This document shows positions 49,571-59,871 of a DNA stretch of 64,000 nt, piece by piece. The translations under genes were made by a program, and so were the position numbers. Within the stretch, counting starts at the first letter, position 1; every line of letters begins with the position of its first letter. The stretch comes from Candidatus Versatilivorator sp. Its GTDB lineage: Bacteria; Acidobacteriota; Terriglobia; Versatilivoradales; Versatilivoraceae. Location: assembly GCA_965207735.1 (NCBI GenBank), contig OZ242296.1, forward strand, positions 2,272,001 through 2,336,000, read 5' to 3'. The notes beneath the pieces were generated by a model, which saw nothing but the letters and a program-made list of their open reading frames with translations, was not told the DNA's origin and searched no databases.

Positions 49571-50465
49571 CCGTGGAAGAGGCTCCCGGCTCACCGGCCT
49601 TCAGGAAACTGACCAGGTCCAGCAACTGCTTCAAGGTATAGCGTTGGCCGTAGGTGTCAGGCATGGGAGAGCCGGGTTGCGGCTCCAGGGCCTGAACCCG
49701 ATCCCGGGGCAGGGTCCTCCGGACCGGCGGCAGCGCGGTGACGTCGTAGAACCGGACGCGCTGTTCCTGCTCGCCGGCCTTCAGCACCATCAGACGTTCC
49801 CCGGACACGGTGGTGAGCATGAAGCGCGCATGCCGGCTTGAAAGCCGGGCCCCCGGCAGGACGATGTCGCCCAAAATCCGGCTGGCGGGCCGATCCGCCA
49901 GCCCGCTGAGATCGGGGCCGACCTCCGCCCCCATCCCCCGGACGCGGTGGCACTGAGCGCAGTTGAGGTCGTCGGCGGCATCGAAGAACAGTTCCCGCCC
50001 CTTGTCGGGCTCGCCCGCCGGCCCGGCCGACGCCTTGCCCGTCTCGGGCAGGTCGGTCGTCTCGGCCGGCTCGGGCACCTGCGATTCCGGCAGGGGCGCG
50101 GCAGTGGCGGCCACCTCGGAGGCGCCGGACTGATCCGGATCGGAGAGCGCCATCACGTAGGCCACCAACGACCAGATCTCTTCCTGGCTGAGCTTGTCTT
50201 TCCATCCCGGCATGGAGGAGCGGGGGATGCCCTCCGCGGTCACCCGATAGAGATAGCCCGGCTCCCACTGCTTGCCGCGCAGGCGCGGGCCGCCGCCGGC
50301 TCTGCCCTCGGCTCCATGGCAATAGCCGACCGAACAGCTCCGGGCAAATAGGGTCCGGCCGACCCCGACCACGGCCGGGTCCTCGAGATCGACGCTGGGC
50401 TGCTGGGGCCAGGGCGCCCATAGAGGAGCACCGGCCAGCAGCAGGATCCTGATAAACCCGACCAT
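49536..50465 (-). CDS. Exported two-domain c-type cytochrome
   Basis: Signal peptide; CSVGYCH...MPGW and CAQCH...GPDLS...SPMP. Confidence 0.85.
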   Translation of the reverse strand: MVGFIRILLLAGAPLWAPWPQQPSVDLEDPAVVGVGRTLFARSCSVGYCHGAEGRAGGGPRLRGKQWEPGYLYRVTAEGIPRSSMPGWKDKLSQEEIWSLVAYVMALSDPDQSGASEVAATAAPLPESQVPEPAETTDLPETGKASAGPAGEPDKGRELFFDAADDLNCAQCHRVRGMGAEVGPDLSGLADRPASRILGDIVLPGARLSSRHARFMLTTVSGERLMVLKAGEQEQRVRFYDVTALPPVRRTLPRDRVQALEPQPGSPMPDTYGQRYTLKQLLDLVSFLKAGEPGASSTVTLEDLLRDGR

Positions 50466-50654
50466 ATCTCATGCTCCCGAACGCTACCCGCCCCCCTGCC
50501 GAAGCAAGGGTCCTGAGCCCCGGCCGGCCCCTATTCGGGCCGGGTCGGCAATAATAATCTCACAAACGAGCCTTTTGCAAAATTCGTCGTGCAGCGCCGG
50601 GGACGTTTCACCTGCAGTCATCGGGCTGCCCGTGCATCCCTCGTCGCTTCCAGC

Positions 50655-53117
50655 TCAGAACCGGAACAACTTGTTGAACTTGACGACCAGGCCGCGGTTG
50701 CGCAGGTCCCAGCCCCGGTCGGGCCGCAAGCCGCCGGTGACGTCGTGGTCGTCGGTGTAGACCACGAACAACTCGCTGCCGGGGCTGTACTCCCACCGCA
50801 GGCGCAGGTTGCTGCCGAACGAATTGCTGGCCGAGTTGTACTGCATGAGCCCGCTGAAGAACATGCGCGGGCTGAACGCGTAGTTCACCCGCACCACCGC
50901 CAGGTTCGTCTGGAACGCCCCGTAGGGCGTGTCGATCCAGTTGAAGGAGACGTTGGGCTCCACCGACATCTGCGGCAGCACCCCGATGCGACCCTGCGTC
51001 AGCTCCACCGTGGTCAGGTCGCCCTCGAAGTAGGCGCCGCGTCTCAGCGCGACCTGGCCGTTGACCCGTCGCTGCCCGCCGACGGCATAGGCCACCTGAA
51101 CGTCGGCGAAGCGGTAGCCACCTGCCGGGATCGAGAAACCGGAACCAGGAGGAACGAACGGCTCGACAAGCAGCTCATAGCTGTCGGTCGCCGTGAAGGT
51201 CAGGCGGTCGCTGGACTCGAACTCGGTCTGGAAGGCCACGATGTTCTGGCGCGTCTCCAGGTGGTTCCGGTCGGCCGCCAGGATGTAATCGATGCTGCCC
51301 TCCAGGCTGAACTGCCGGACGCTCCGGATCGACCGCGGCCGGGGGCTGAAGCGAGCCGAGGTGAAGGTGCGCCGAAAGTTGTCGCGCCTCAGGAATCCTA
51401 CCTCCGGCAGGAAGTCATCCTCCACCACCAGGTGATCCACCTGAAAACCGTAGCGGTCCGCCGCGTAATCGAACTTGCCCTGGTAGCTCAGGTCCTTCCC
51501 CCGGTACTCGGGAGCGGGGAGCCGGGTCCTGGCAACGTAGGTAGTCAGATTGACATTCTCGAAGAAGGCGAAGGTGCCGTCGATGCCGTAGGCCTGGCTG
51601 GAGCCCGGCGCCACCCGGGAGACGGAGCGGTTGGTGAAGATCGCACCGACCGAGCTGCGGCGCAGGATGTCACGCCGGAGACGGAAGACGGTGAAGTTGG
51701 TCGGTTCCGACCTGGAAACCGTCTCGTCCCCCGTGTGGATGTTCAGGGCGCCCACATCGAACTGCCCGACCTTGCCCGTCAGGCGCGCGCCGCCGACAAT
51801 GGGCACCACGCGGCCCTCCTCCAGCCCGATCCTCCGGCTGTAGAAGAGCTGCGGCACGTTGACGTCGCCGAAGAACCCGCCGGCCGGCTCGGTGCCCGGC
51901 CCGCCGACGGGCGTGAAGGCGCCGCGGGCGAAGCCGAAGATGCCACGTCCTTCGAGAAAGAACTCCCGCTTCTCCGGAAAGAACAGGGGGAAGCGGGTCA
52001 GGTTGACCTGGCGCTCGTCCACCTCCACCTGCGCGAAGTCCGTGTTGTAGGTGAAGTCGGCGGTCAGGTTCCGGGTGATGCCGTACTTCACGTCGATGCC
52101 GCCGTCGACGCTCACATCGTCGATCTTCACGGGGGTTGCGGACAGGTCCGTGGTCAAGCCGCCGATGACATAAGGTTTGATCTCGAGGCTGCGGCCCGCC
52201 GACGGAGGCTCCAGGCCAACCAGCGAGCCGGCCTCGGAGATGCGGAACACCCCGCGGGCGCCACCGCCGAATCCGGCCGCGATGGGCAGCGGCGTCAGAT
52301 AGGCCCACTCGTTCTTGCGCCGGATGGCGCGCCTGAGTTGGACGCCCCAGATATGGGGCGGCTCCGACCGGTAGCGCAGGGTCTTGAACGGAATCTCCAT
52401 CTCTACCGTCCAGCCGCCGTCGAAGCGGCCGGTTCGCACGTCCCACACCGGGTTCCAGTCTGAGTTCGGATTGCCCTCGTTAATGAGCTGTGCGTCTGCG
52501 CGGGCGCCGAGCGGATTGGTGTAGAAGAGGACTCCGTTGCGGCGGTCGTAGAAGGTATCGAACAGCACGGCGAAGGTGTCGTTTTGACGGAGCTGGTTGG
52601 TGTCACGCCGCATCTCGTTGGCGACCCACTGGCTCTCGGGCGCCGAGTCCCAGACCCGCGCCGAGACGTAGACGCTGGTCTCGTCGAAAAGGATCCAGGC
52701 CTCGGTCCGCTCGGTCGCCTCCGCTCCCGCGTCGGGCGTCAGTTGAATGAAGCCGCTGATGGCGGGAACCGTCCCGTAAACGGCCTCGTCCAGCACGCCG
52801 TCGAGGTCGATACTCTGGTCCAGCCTGATCGCGCGAACCGTCGCCCGGCCCTGATCGTCGCGGGTCATTACCGCCGGCGGAACGGGAGCCGGCGGACCGT
52901 CAATCCGAGCCGCATCGACCTCACCGGCGGGGTCCGCCTGCCCGGCCGGCGCCTGCCGCGCAAAGCTCCACAGCAGAAGGACCGCCACCACCACCAAATA
53001 CTTCGGCTGCAACAATGGTCCTCCTGTGGCAGATCCCGCCGGAGGGGCAATTCGGCAGAGCACCGCCGCCCACATCGCTGGAGAGGGGGGCGTTCCCCGA
53101 CCAATGTGCCGTGTCAC
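50655..53117 (-). CDS. CBM9-like sugar-binding domain plus DUF5916 outer-membrane barrel protein (start uncertain)
   Basis: LDGVLDE, GWTVEMEIPFKTLRY, NTDFAQVEVD, FFPEKREFFLEG, LFYSRRIG, C-terminal Phe. Confidence 0.85.
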   Translation of the reverse strand: MTRHIGRGTPPSPAMWAAVLCRIAPPAGSATGGPLLQPKYLVVVAVLLLWSFARQAPAGQADPAGEVDAARIDGPPAPVPPAVMTRDDQGRATVRAIRLDQSIDLDGVLDEAVYGTVPAISGFIQLTPDAGAEATERTEAWILFDETSVYVSARVWDSAPESQWVANEMRRDTNQLRQNDTFAVLFDTFYDRRNGVLFYTNPLGARADAQLINEGNPNSDWNPVWDVRTGRFDGGWTVEMEIPFKTLRYRSEPPHIWGVQLRRAIRRKNEWAYLTPLPIAAGFGGGARGVFRISEAGSLVGLEPPSAGRSLEIKPYVIGGLTTDLSATPVKIDDVSVDGGIDVKYGITRNLTADFTYNTDFAQVEVDERQVNLTRFPLFFPEKREFFLEGRGIFGFARGAFTPVGGPGTEPAGGFFGDVNVPQLFYSRRIGLEEGRVVPIVGGARLTGKVGQFDVGALNIHTGDETVSRSEPTNFTVFRLRRDILRRSSVGAIFTNRSVSRVAPGSSQAYGIDGTFAFFENVNLTTYVARTRLPAPEYRGKDLSYQGKFDYAADRYGFQVDHLVVEDDFLPEVGFLRRDNFRRTFTSARFSPRPRSIRSVRQFSLEGSIDYILAADRNHLETRQNIVAFQTEFESSDRLTFTATDSYELLVEPFVPPGSGFSIPAGGYRFADVQVAYAVGGQRRVNGQVALRRGAYFEGDLTTVELTQGRIGVLPQMSVEPNVSFNWIDTPYGAFQTNLAVVRVNYAFSPRMFFSGLMQYNSASNSFGSNLRLRWEYSPGSELFVVYTDDHDVTGGLRPDRGWDLRNRGLVVKFNKLFRF

Positions 53118-53199
53118 GACCCGAATACAAGGACTGTCGTTCTGGTGTGATCCAAGATCTTGCAGTCTTGTCGGTGCGGTCTTGAACGGCGATGGAAAA

Positions 53200-54891
53200 T
53201 CAAGGCAGGGCGAACACGATCAGGGCGCTACCGCCCGGGAAGTCCTCCACCTCGGGCCAGAGTTGGGGCATGAGGCCGGCCACCGCCGACCCCCAGCCTG
53301 CCGGGACCGCGATGTACTGCCGGCCGTTCACGGCATAGCTGATGGGCGAGCCCCGGTGGCCCGAGCCCGTGTTGAAGCTCCACAGCTTCTTGCCGGTTTC
53401 GGCATCGAGGGCGAAGAACTCTCCCTCGGGATCGCCGGTGAAGACCAGGTTGCCGCCGGTCGCCACCGCCGAGGCCAGCAAGGGATACTTGGATTGGTAG
53501 CTCCATTTCTTCTCCCCGGTCAGCGGATCCAGGGCGTCGAGATGGCTGCCGGCCTCTCCCTTGGGAGTAGGCTTGAGCTCGAACACCCCTCCGAAAAAGG
53601 TCTCGCCCGGCCTGGGGTCCTCCTTCTGCACGGTGAGGGTCTGACACCACTCGATGCCGGTGTTGTAGAACAGCCCCGTCTTGGGGCTGTAGGCCCCGTG
53701 GTTCCAGCTTCGGGCCCCGCCGATGGCCGGGCAGACCAGGGTGGGCTTCCCCACCTCGGGCTCCATCCGTCCCAGCAGCTTCCCGGTCGAATCGATCCCC
53801 GTGATCCAGTTGAGGTTTTCGACGAAGCGCCAGGCGCCGATGAACTCTCCGTTGGTCCGGTCCAGGACCCAGGTGTACCCGCCCTTGTTGGGATTGATCA
53901 GGAGCTTGCGTTTCTTGCCGTTGACCGGCAGGTCGATCAACACGCATTCGTAGGCGGTATCCCAGTCCCAGACGTCATGGGGAATCTGCTGGTAATACCA
54001 CTTCAACTCCCCGCTGTCGGCATCCAGGGCTACGATGGAATCGGTGTAGAGGTTGTCCCCGGTCCGGTCTCCTCCGTAGAAGTCGGCGGCAGGATTGCCC
54101 ACTCCCCAGTAGATCAGGTTCAACTCCGGATCGTAGGAGCCGGTCATCCAGGTGGCCCCGCCACCGTATTTCCAACTGTCCCCCTTCCAGGTTTCGTGGC
54201 CCTTTTCTCCCGGTCCGGGGATGGTCCAGAACTGCCAGGCCCGCCGGCCGGTCCTGGCGTCGAAGGCGTTCAGATAGCCCCGATGGGCCGAATCTCCCCC
54301 GGTGACCCCGACCACGACCTTGTCCTTGACCACCAGAGGTGCGCCGGTGATGTTGCAGCCGCACTGCTGCATGTTCTCGATCTCGACGTTCCAGACCTCC
54401 TCTCCGGTCTTGGCGTCCAGCGCCACCAGCCGGTTGTCGATGGTCCCCATGAAGACCAGGCCGTGGCCGAGAGCCACTCCCCGGTTCCAGGGACCGTAGA
54501 GAAGGCCGAAGTCCTTGGGCTCGGGATGGTAGTAGTGCCAGATCTCCTTGCCGGTGACGGCATCCAGCGCGAAGACCCGATTCCAGGGGGTGGTGATGTA
54601 CATGACTCCATCCGCCACCAGGGGAGTGCAGGAAAAACCGCCATCCACCTTGCCCGTCTGAAAGATCCAGACCGGCGCCAGCCGCTTCACGTTCTCCCGA
54701 TTGATCTGGTCCAACGGACTGTAGCGCCAGGCGTCATAGGTCCCGGAATAGGTCAGCCAGTTCTGCGGCTCCTTGGACGCCTCGATCAAGCGCCTGGAAT
54801 CGACGGTTTCGGCCGAAGCAATCGGATAGAATCCAATCGACAACAGCAACAGGATTGAGGCGCTGAGCGCCCAAGCGGGTTTGGCGGACAT
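53200..54891 (-). CDS. PQQ-dependent dehydrogenase, methanol/ethanol family-like
   Basis: RYSPLDQINRENV, ALDAxTG..W Trp-docking repeats, GVGNP, PHDVWDWD, CPAIGGARSW, GRQYIAV. Confidence 0.9.
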   Translation of the reverse strand: MSAKPAWALSASILLLLSIGFYPIASAETVDSRRLIEASKEPQNWLTYSGTYDAWRYSPLDQINRENVKRLAPVWIFQTGKVDGGFSCTPLVADGVMYITTPWNRVFALDAVTGKEIWHYYHPEPKDFGLLYGPWNRGVALGHGLVFMGTIDNRLVALDAKTGEEVWNVEIENMQQCGCNITGAPLVVKDKVVVGVTGGDSAHRGYLNAFDARTGRRAWQFWTIPGPGEKGHETWKGDSWKYGGGATWMTGSYDPELNLIYWGVGNPAADFYGGDRTGDNLYTDSIVALDADSGELKWYYQQIPHDVWDWDTAYECVLIDLPVNGKKRKLLINPNKGGYTWVLDRTNGEFIGAWRFVENLNWITGIDSTGKLLGRMEPEVGKPTLVCPAIGGARSWNHGAYSPKTGLFYNTGIEWCQTLTVQKEDPRPGETFFGGVFELKPTPKGEAGSHLDALDPLTGEKKWSYQSKYPLLASAVATGGNLVFTGDPEGEFFALDAETGKKLWSFNTGSGHRGSPISYAVNGRQYIAVPAGWGSAVAGLMPQLWPEVEDFPGGSALIVFALP

Positions 54892-55011
54892 GGGAATCTC
54901 CGATTTCCGGATCGTGGCCGGGGATGGTTTCAACCGGTTACGTCATCTGGGGAGCTATCACTAGCACTTCCAGGCCGAAGCTGTCAATGAAGGGGGGTGT
55001 GCGGAGGGTTG

Positions 55012-55144
55012 TCCACGAAGGAACACATTGGGATTGTAGATTGTAGATTGTGGATTTAAGTCGGATTCAAGGCGGCATCGGTTGCCGTCGCTTCTCAATC
55101 TACAGTCAGAAATCAACAATCAACAGAGCCTTTTGCAAAAGCTC
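55012..55144. repeat. Heptamer element (GATTGTA)n...(AATCAAC)n followed by GAGCCTTTTGCAAAAGCTC
   Basis: Homologous to 36643-36783, including the central AAGGCGG...GTTGCCGTC. Confidence 0.75.
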
Positions 55145-55217
55145 CCCCGCCCCACGATTTCTTTGGACAGTGATTTGATAACCTGTATAAGAAGCTACAG
55201 GAGAGGAGGAACAGGCT

Positions 55218-58200
55218 ATGTCCAGAGGAAGCAATGGGGCAGGTGGGTGTTATCTGTCCAAGAAATCGCGGGCGGTACATGGGGTACACGGAATGAGGCG
55301 TCAGGCGATTTGGAAAGAATGGGTTTCTTGTATCGGGGCCAGGTCGGGATGGATTCTCACGGCAGGCCTGATTCTGGTGGGCAGCAGTCCGCCCCTGCTG
55401 GGCTGCGATGACGGAATGGCTGTGCCGGATCCGGAGAACAACCCCGGTTTGGTGGCGGACTGCAAGGCCCTAATGGCAGCTCGTGACAAACTGGACGGTA
55501 ATGATCGCCTGAACTGGGATGCCGATTTTGTTATCGAATCCTGGGATGGCATCACAGTTTCGGGATCGCCACCTCGTGTAACCGGATTGTCAATTTCACC
55601 TCTGCACATTTCAGGGGAGATCCCGCCAGAGCTGGGTCAACTATCCCACCTGACTGATTTATACCTGGCCGGCAGCCTTATTTCTCGACACTTTCTGACG
55701 GGAGAGATCCCTCCCGAGTTGGGACAACTTGCCCGTTTGAAGACTTTGTACCTCAACGACAATTTACTCACGGGACCGATTCCGCCTGAGTTGGGCCAAC
55801 TGTCTCAGTTGATTGCCTTGAATCTCGGCAGCAACCAGCTCACAGGACCGATCCCTCCCGAGTTGGGCAATTTGTCCCGCTTGGAGGGACTCCATCTCTG
55901 GACGAACCAACTCTCGGGGGAAATCCCAAGGGAACTGGGGCAACTGGTCGAGCTGAGGGAGTTGACCCTCGGCGGCAACCACTTGACAGGAGTGATCCCC
56001 CTCGAGTTGGGACAACTGTCCCAGCTCGGGTGGTTGGACATCGGCTTCAACCAGTTGACGGGAGCAATTCCGCCCGAGATGGGCCAACTATCCCGTCTGG
56101 GACGGTTGTCTCTCCGCAACAACCAACTGACGGGAGTGATTCCGGTGGAATTGGGTCAGCTTCCCCTGCTGGGATGGTTTTACGTTTCTGACAATCAGCT
56201 AAGCGGGGAGATCCCAACGGAACTGGGTCAACTCCCTCGACTGCGGGAATTGGATCTCTCCAACAACCGGCTACGGGGGAATATACCGTTGACCTTGGGT
56301 CAGCTGACCAACCTGGAGAGGTTGTCCCTCGCCGGCAATCAGTTTACGGGCGAGATCCTGGCAGAACTGAGTCAACTGTCCCATCTGAAGGAATTGCGTC
56401 TTTCCAACAACCGGCTCCAGGGGAAAATACCGTCGTATCTAGGTCAGCTGACCAACCTGGAGGAGTTGTCGCTTGCCGGCAACCAGCTCGAGGGAAAGAT
56501 ACCCGTAGAACTAAGTCAACTGTCGGTGCTTGGCTTATTGGATCTCTCCAACAATCAACTGAGTGGCGAGATCCCGGCAGAGTTGAGTCAATTGACCCTC
56601 TTGCAGACTCTTCTCCTCTCCGGCAACCGGCTCACGGGAGGCATCCCAAAGGAACTCGGCAAGCTGCCCCAGTTGTGGGGTCTATACCTCGACAACAACC
56701 AGTTGGCCGGAATGATCCCGCCCGAGTTGGGCCAACTGTCCCTCGTGATACTGCACTTACAGCACAACAAACTGACAGGTTCGATCCCGGCAGAGCTGGG
56801 CCAACTGTCCAATCTAAGGGAGTTCAGCTTCCGGGGTAACCTGTTGACGGGCTCGGTCCCATCGGAGCTGGGCCATCTGCCCGATGTCTACGTGTTGAAC
56901 CTGGCCGCGACTCGGACGGCTGCGGACCGGATCGAGGTCAGCTGGGACGATCCGGGGGACACCACCGTCAGTTACGAGTATCGACTTCTGGATACGACAC
57001 GTACCTGGACGGAATGGTCGCTGATCGAACACCCGGAGACGACGCTGAGGAGGGGTGACGGACACGCGATAGAGTGGACGTTGGCAGTCCTGCCCACCAA
57101 CGTAACCTATCGTGCAATTCAGATCAGGGTGAGCAACGCAAAGGGTTCCTATACGTCGAATGCCGGGGTGAGACACTTGGTAACTGTTGCATCCGGGGAC
57201 GCTGATCCGACGGAGGGAAGCTTGTTCGTTCCCGTGCTGCTGACCTCGGCCGGGCGCAGCAACGCCTACTTCACCTCGGAGCTGACCCTGACCAACCGGG
57301 GGACCGAGGAGGCCACCCTCCACTACACCTACAGGGCCCATGCGGGGGGCGGAAGCGGAACGGCCACCGACAGGCTGGCTCCGGGGAGCCAGAGAATCCA
57401 GTCAGACGCCATCGGCTACCTCACCGGCCTGGGCATTCCCATTCCCGGCTCCGGAAACCGCATCGGGACCCTCAGAGTGGATGTGTCGGGGTCTTCCCGG
57501 GTGAGTCTGACCACGCGGACCACCTCCGGCGTGCCCGACGGACGCGCCGGCCTGGCTTATCCCGGCATTGCCGAAGATGAAGGCTTCCAGGAAGCGGTCT
57601 ATCTGTGCGGGCTGCGCGAGAACACCCAGGACCGCTCCAACCTGGCTGTCCAGAACATGGGAGCCTCCGAAGACGGTCCCATTACCCTGAGAACCACCGT
57701 CTTTTCCGGAGAGGCGGACGACACCGTCCCCCGCGTCCTGGGGGACCTGGAACTGAAACCGGGAGAGTTCCACCAGTACAATCAAGTGCTGAAAGCGGTG
57801 GGCAGTCCGGCCCAGGGCTACGTGAAGGTGGAGAAGGTCGACGGAGATGCTCCCTTCTACGTCTACGGGGTCATCAACGACAACTTCAACTCCGACGGCT
57901 CCTTCGTCTTTCCCCTGACCGGGTCCTCCCTGGTGGGCAGGAGCGGACAGACCCTGCCGGTCATCATCGAGACAGGCTCCTTCCAGAGCGAGCTGACCCT
58001 GACCAACTTCTCGGCCTCGGAGAAAACCGTCGATTTCCGCTTTGTGGCCGATGCCGTCGACACGGGCGACGACACGGCCGCCTTCAGCCTGACGCTGAAG
58101 GCCGGGGAGCAGCGCGTGCTGCCCGATATCGTGGAGGAACTGCGCCGGCGGGAAGTGGCCGGGATCGGTCCGTCGGGCCGAGCCTTCGTCGGTGCCCTGT

Positions 58201-58658
58201 TCGCCACCCCGGCCCAGGGAGACATGAGCGGCATTGTGATCGGGGCTCGGACAGGAGCTCCGGACCAGAGAGGCGGCCAGTACAGCCTCTTCTACAACGG
58301 GGTGCCCTATGGTTCGGCTTCGGTCGAAAGCGCCTGGATCTTCGGGCTGCAGCAGAACGCGGAGAACCGCAGCAACCTGGCCCTGGTCAATACCGGCGAA
58401 ATCGACGGCAGCTCCAGCACCTTTGAGATCACGATTTACGACGGCAGCGGGCGGTCTCAACCGAGAACCAGAAGTGTGACGCTCAGGCCCCGGCGATGGA
58501 CTCAGGTAAATGGAATTCTGGGCAATATCCGTCAAGGATACGTCCAGGTAAGGAAAACCTCGGGCAACAATCCGTTTGTCACCTATGGCGTGATCAATGA
58601 CGGCGGCAGGCCCGGGGAGCGCAGCGGGGACGGCGCTTTCCTGCTCAGCCAGAAATAG
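55218..58658 (+). CDS. Plant-type leucine-rich repeat protein (~18 LRRs), FN3-like segment and conserved C-terminal module (start may be downstream, e.g. 55292)
   Basis: 24-aa repeats LxxLxLxxNxLxGxIPxELGxL; N-cap DCKAL...LNW...WDGITV; C-terminus resembles that of the 15949 protein. Confidence 0.92.
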   Translation: MSRGSNGAGGCYLSKKSRAVHGVHGMRRQAIWKEWVSCIGARSGWILTAGLILVGSSPPLLGCDDGMAVPDPENNPGLVADCKALMAARDKLDGNDRLNWDADFVIESWDGITVSGSPPRVTGLSISPLHISGEIPPELGQLSHLTDLYLAGSLISRHFLTGEIPPELGQLARLKTLYLNDNLLTGPIPPELGQLSQLIALNLGSNQLTGPIPPELGNLSRLEGLHLWTNQLSGEIPRELGQLVELRELTLGGNHLTGVIPLELGQLSQLGWLDIGFNQLTGAIPPEMGQLSRLGRLSLRNNQLTGVIPVELGQLPLLGWFYVSDNQLSGEIPTELGQLPRLRELDLSNNRLRGNIPLTLGQLTNLERLSLAGNQFTGEILAELSQLSHLKELRLSNNRLQGKIPSYLGQLTNLEELSLAGNQLEGKIPVELSQLSVLGLLDLSNNQLSGEIPAELSQLTLLQTLLLSGNRLTGGIPKELGKLPQLWGLYLDNNQLAGMIPPELGQLSLVILHLQHNKLTGSIPAELGQLSNLREFSFRGNLLTGSVPSELGHLPDVYVLNLAATRTAADRIEVSWDDPGDTTVSYEYRLLDTTRTWTEWSLIEHPETTLRRGDGHAIEWTLAVLPTNVTYRAIQIRVSNAKGSYTSNAGVRHLVTVASGDADPTEGSLFVPVLLTSAGRSNAYFTSELTLTNRGTEEATLHYTYRAHAGGGSGTATDRLAPGSQRIQSDAIGYLTGLGIPIPGSGNRIGTLRVDVSGSSRVSLTTRTTSGVPDGRAGLAYPGIAEDEGFQEAVYLCGLRENTQDRSNLAVQNMGASEDGPITLRTTVFSGEADDTVPRVLGDLELKPGEFHQYNQVLKAVGSPAQGYVKVEKVDGDAPFYVYGVINDNFNSDGSFVFPLTGSSLVGRSGQTLPVIIETGSFQSELTLTNFSASEKTVDFRFVADAVDTGDDTAAFSLTLKAGEQRVLPDIVEELRRREVAGIGPSGRAFVGALFATPAQGDMSGIVIGARTGAPDQRGGQYSLFYNGVPYGSASVESAWIFGLQQNAENRSNLALVNTGEIDGSSSTFEITIYDGSGRSQPRTRSVTLRPRRWTQVNGILGNIRQGYVQVRKTSGNNPFVTYGVINDGGRPGERSGDGAFLLSQK

Positions 58659-59054
58659 CTGTTCGCCCCGCGCAAAGGGATGTCCCTCGACCGGCAAGCC
58701 GGCTGTCTTCGGGTGCGGTTGCGACCAAGACCCTTTACGTTAACTCAACGGGAGCTGTTTCCGCTTGAGAGGGTCGCCACAGATTCCCGACAGGGCCGGA
58801 TAACACCCGCCTCAGGGCAGGCAGAGGGGAAGCTGTGCCCGCGCTCTGCAAGAACCTGCGATCCAGCCTTCAGATCCGGGGATTTGCGTTCAATAAGGTC
58901 CTTGCTGGCAGGCAACTGCCAGCAGAACCCCGATTGAGCTACGCCATTGTCATGCTCGATTCCAAATTTTGCAAAAGGCTCAATCAACAATTCATTAAAT
59001 GGTAGCATGCTGGGCTTGGGCCGCACCCGCGACCAATCGAAGGAGCATTGACTC

Positions 59055-59801
59055 ATGGCTGAATTGGGCAGTTACCTGATCCTGTTCGCAGTCGGGTGCG
59101 TTGCCGGCACCCTGAACGTGGTGGCGGGAGGGGGATCCTTCCTCACGCTTCCGGTGCTGATCTTCCTGGGACTGCCGGCGACCGTGGCCAACGGGACCAA
59201 TCGGGTGGCGGTCCTGACCCAGAACGTGGGTGCCGTTTGGAGCTTTCATCGTCATGGGGTCATGGACTGGCGGAGCCTGCTTTGGGCGGCTTTGCCGGCG
59301 GCGCTGGGAGCCGCCCTGGGCGCTTGGGTGGCGCTTCGGATCGGGGATGAGACCTTCAAGAATACTCTGGCCTTTCTGATGGTGGCGGTGACGCTCTGGA
59401 CTCTGTGGGACCCTCTCAAGGGAAAGCTGGACTCGTCCACCGGCGGACGGTCCTGGTGGGTGATCGCCGGCGCCTTTTTCGTGGTTGGCTTCTACAGCGG
59501 ATTCGTCCAGGCCGGGGTGGGGTTTCTCATCCTGGCGGCCACCACCGTGGCGGGACTGGACCTGGTCAAGGGGAACGCGGTGAAGGTACTGCTACTCCTC
59601 GCCACCATGGTCGTATCGCTGGGAATCTTCGCTGCCGGCGGGCGCGTCGACTGGACCCTGGGATTAATCCTGGGAGCCGGAAACCTGGCCGGAGGATTGC
59701 TGGGGGTCAGGCTCACCGTCCTCAAGGGACACGGGTGGATCAAGAAGGTAGTGACAGCCACCGTCGTCCTGTTTGCCCTGCGGCTGTGGTTCTTCGAGTA
59801 G
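59055..59801 (+). CDS. TauE/SafE (TSUP)-family membrane transporter
   Basis: AGGGSFLTLP, ANGTNRV, GFYSGFVQAGVG, NAVK; AGGAG RBS. Confidence 0.9.
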   Translation: MAELGSYLILFAVGCVAGTLNVVAGGGSFLTLPVLIFLGLPATVANGTNRVAVLTQNVGAVWSFHRHGVMDWRSLLWAALPAALGAALGAWVALRIGDETFKNTLAFLMVAVTLWTLWDPLKGKLDSSTGGRSWWVIAGAFFVVGFYSGFVQAGVGFLILAATTVAGLDLVKGNAVKVLLLLATMVVSLGIFAAGGRVDWTLGLILGAGNLAGGLLGVRLTVLKGHGWIKKVVTATVVLFALRLWFFE

Positions 59802-59871
59802 CGAGTTGTCCGCCGGGCGCACACGGGACGCCGTGCGGAGTCGCAGCCAAGCCCTGTCGGAGGAAGCCTCC

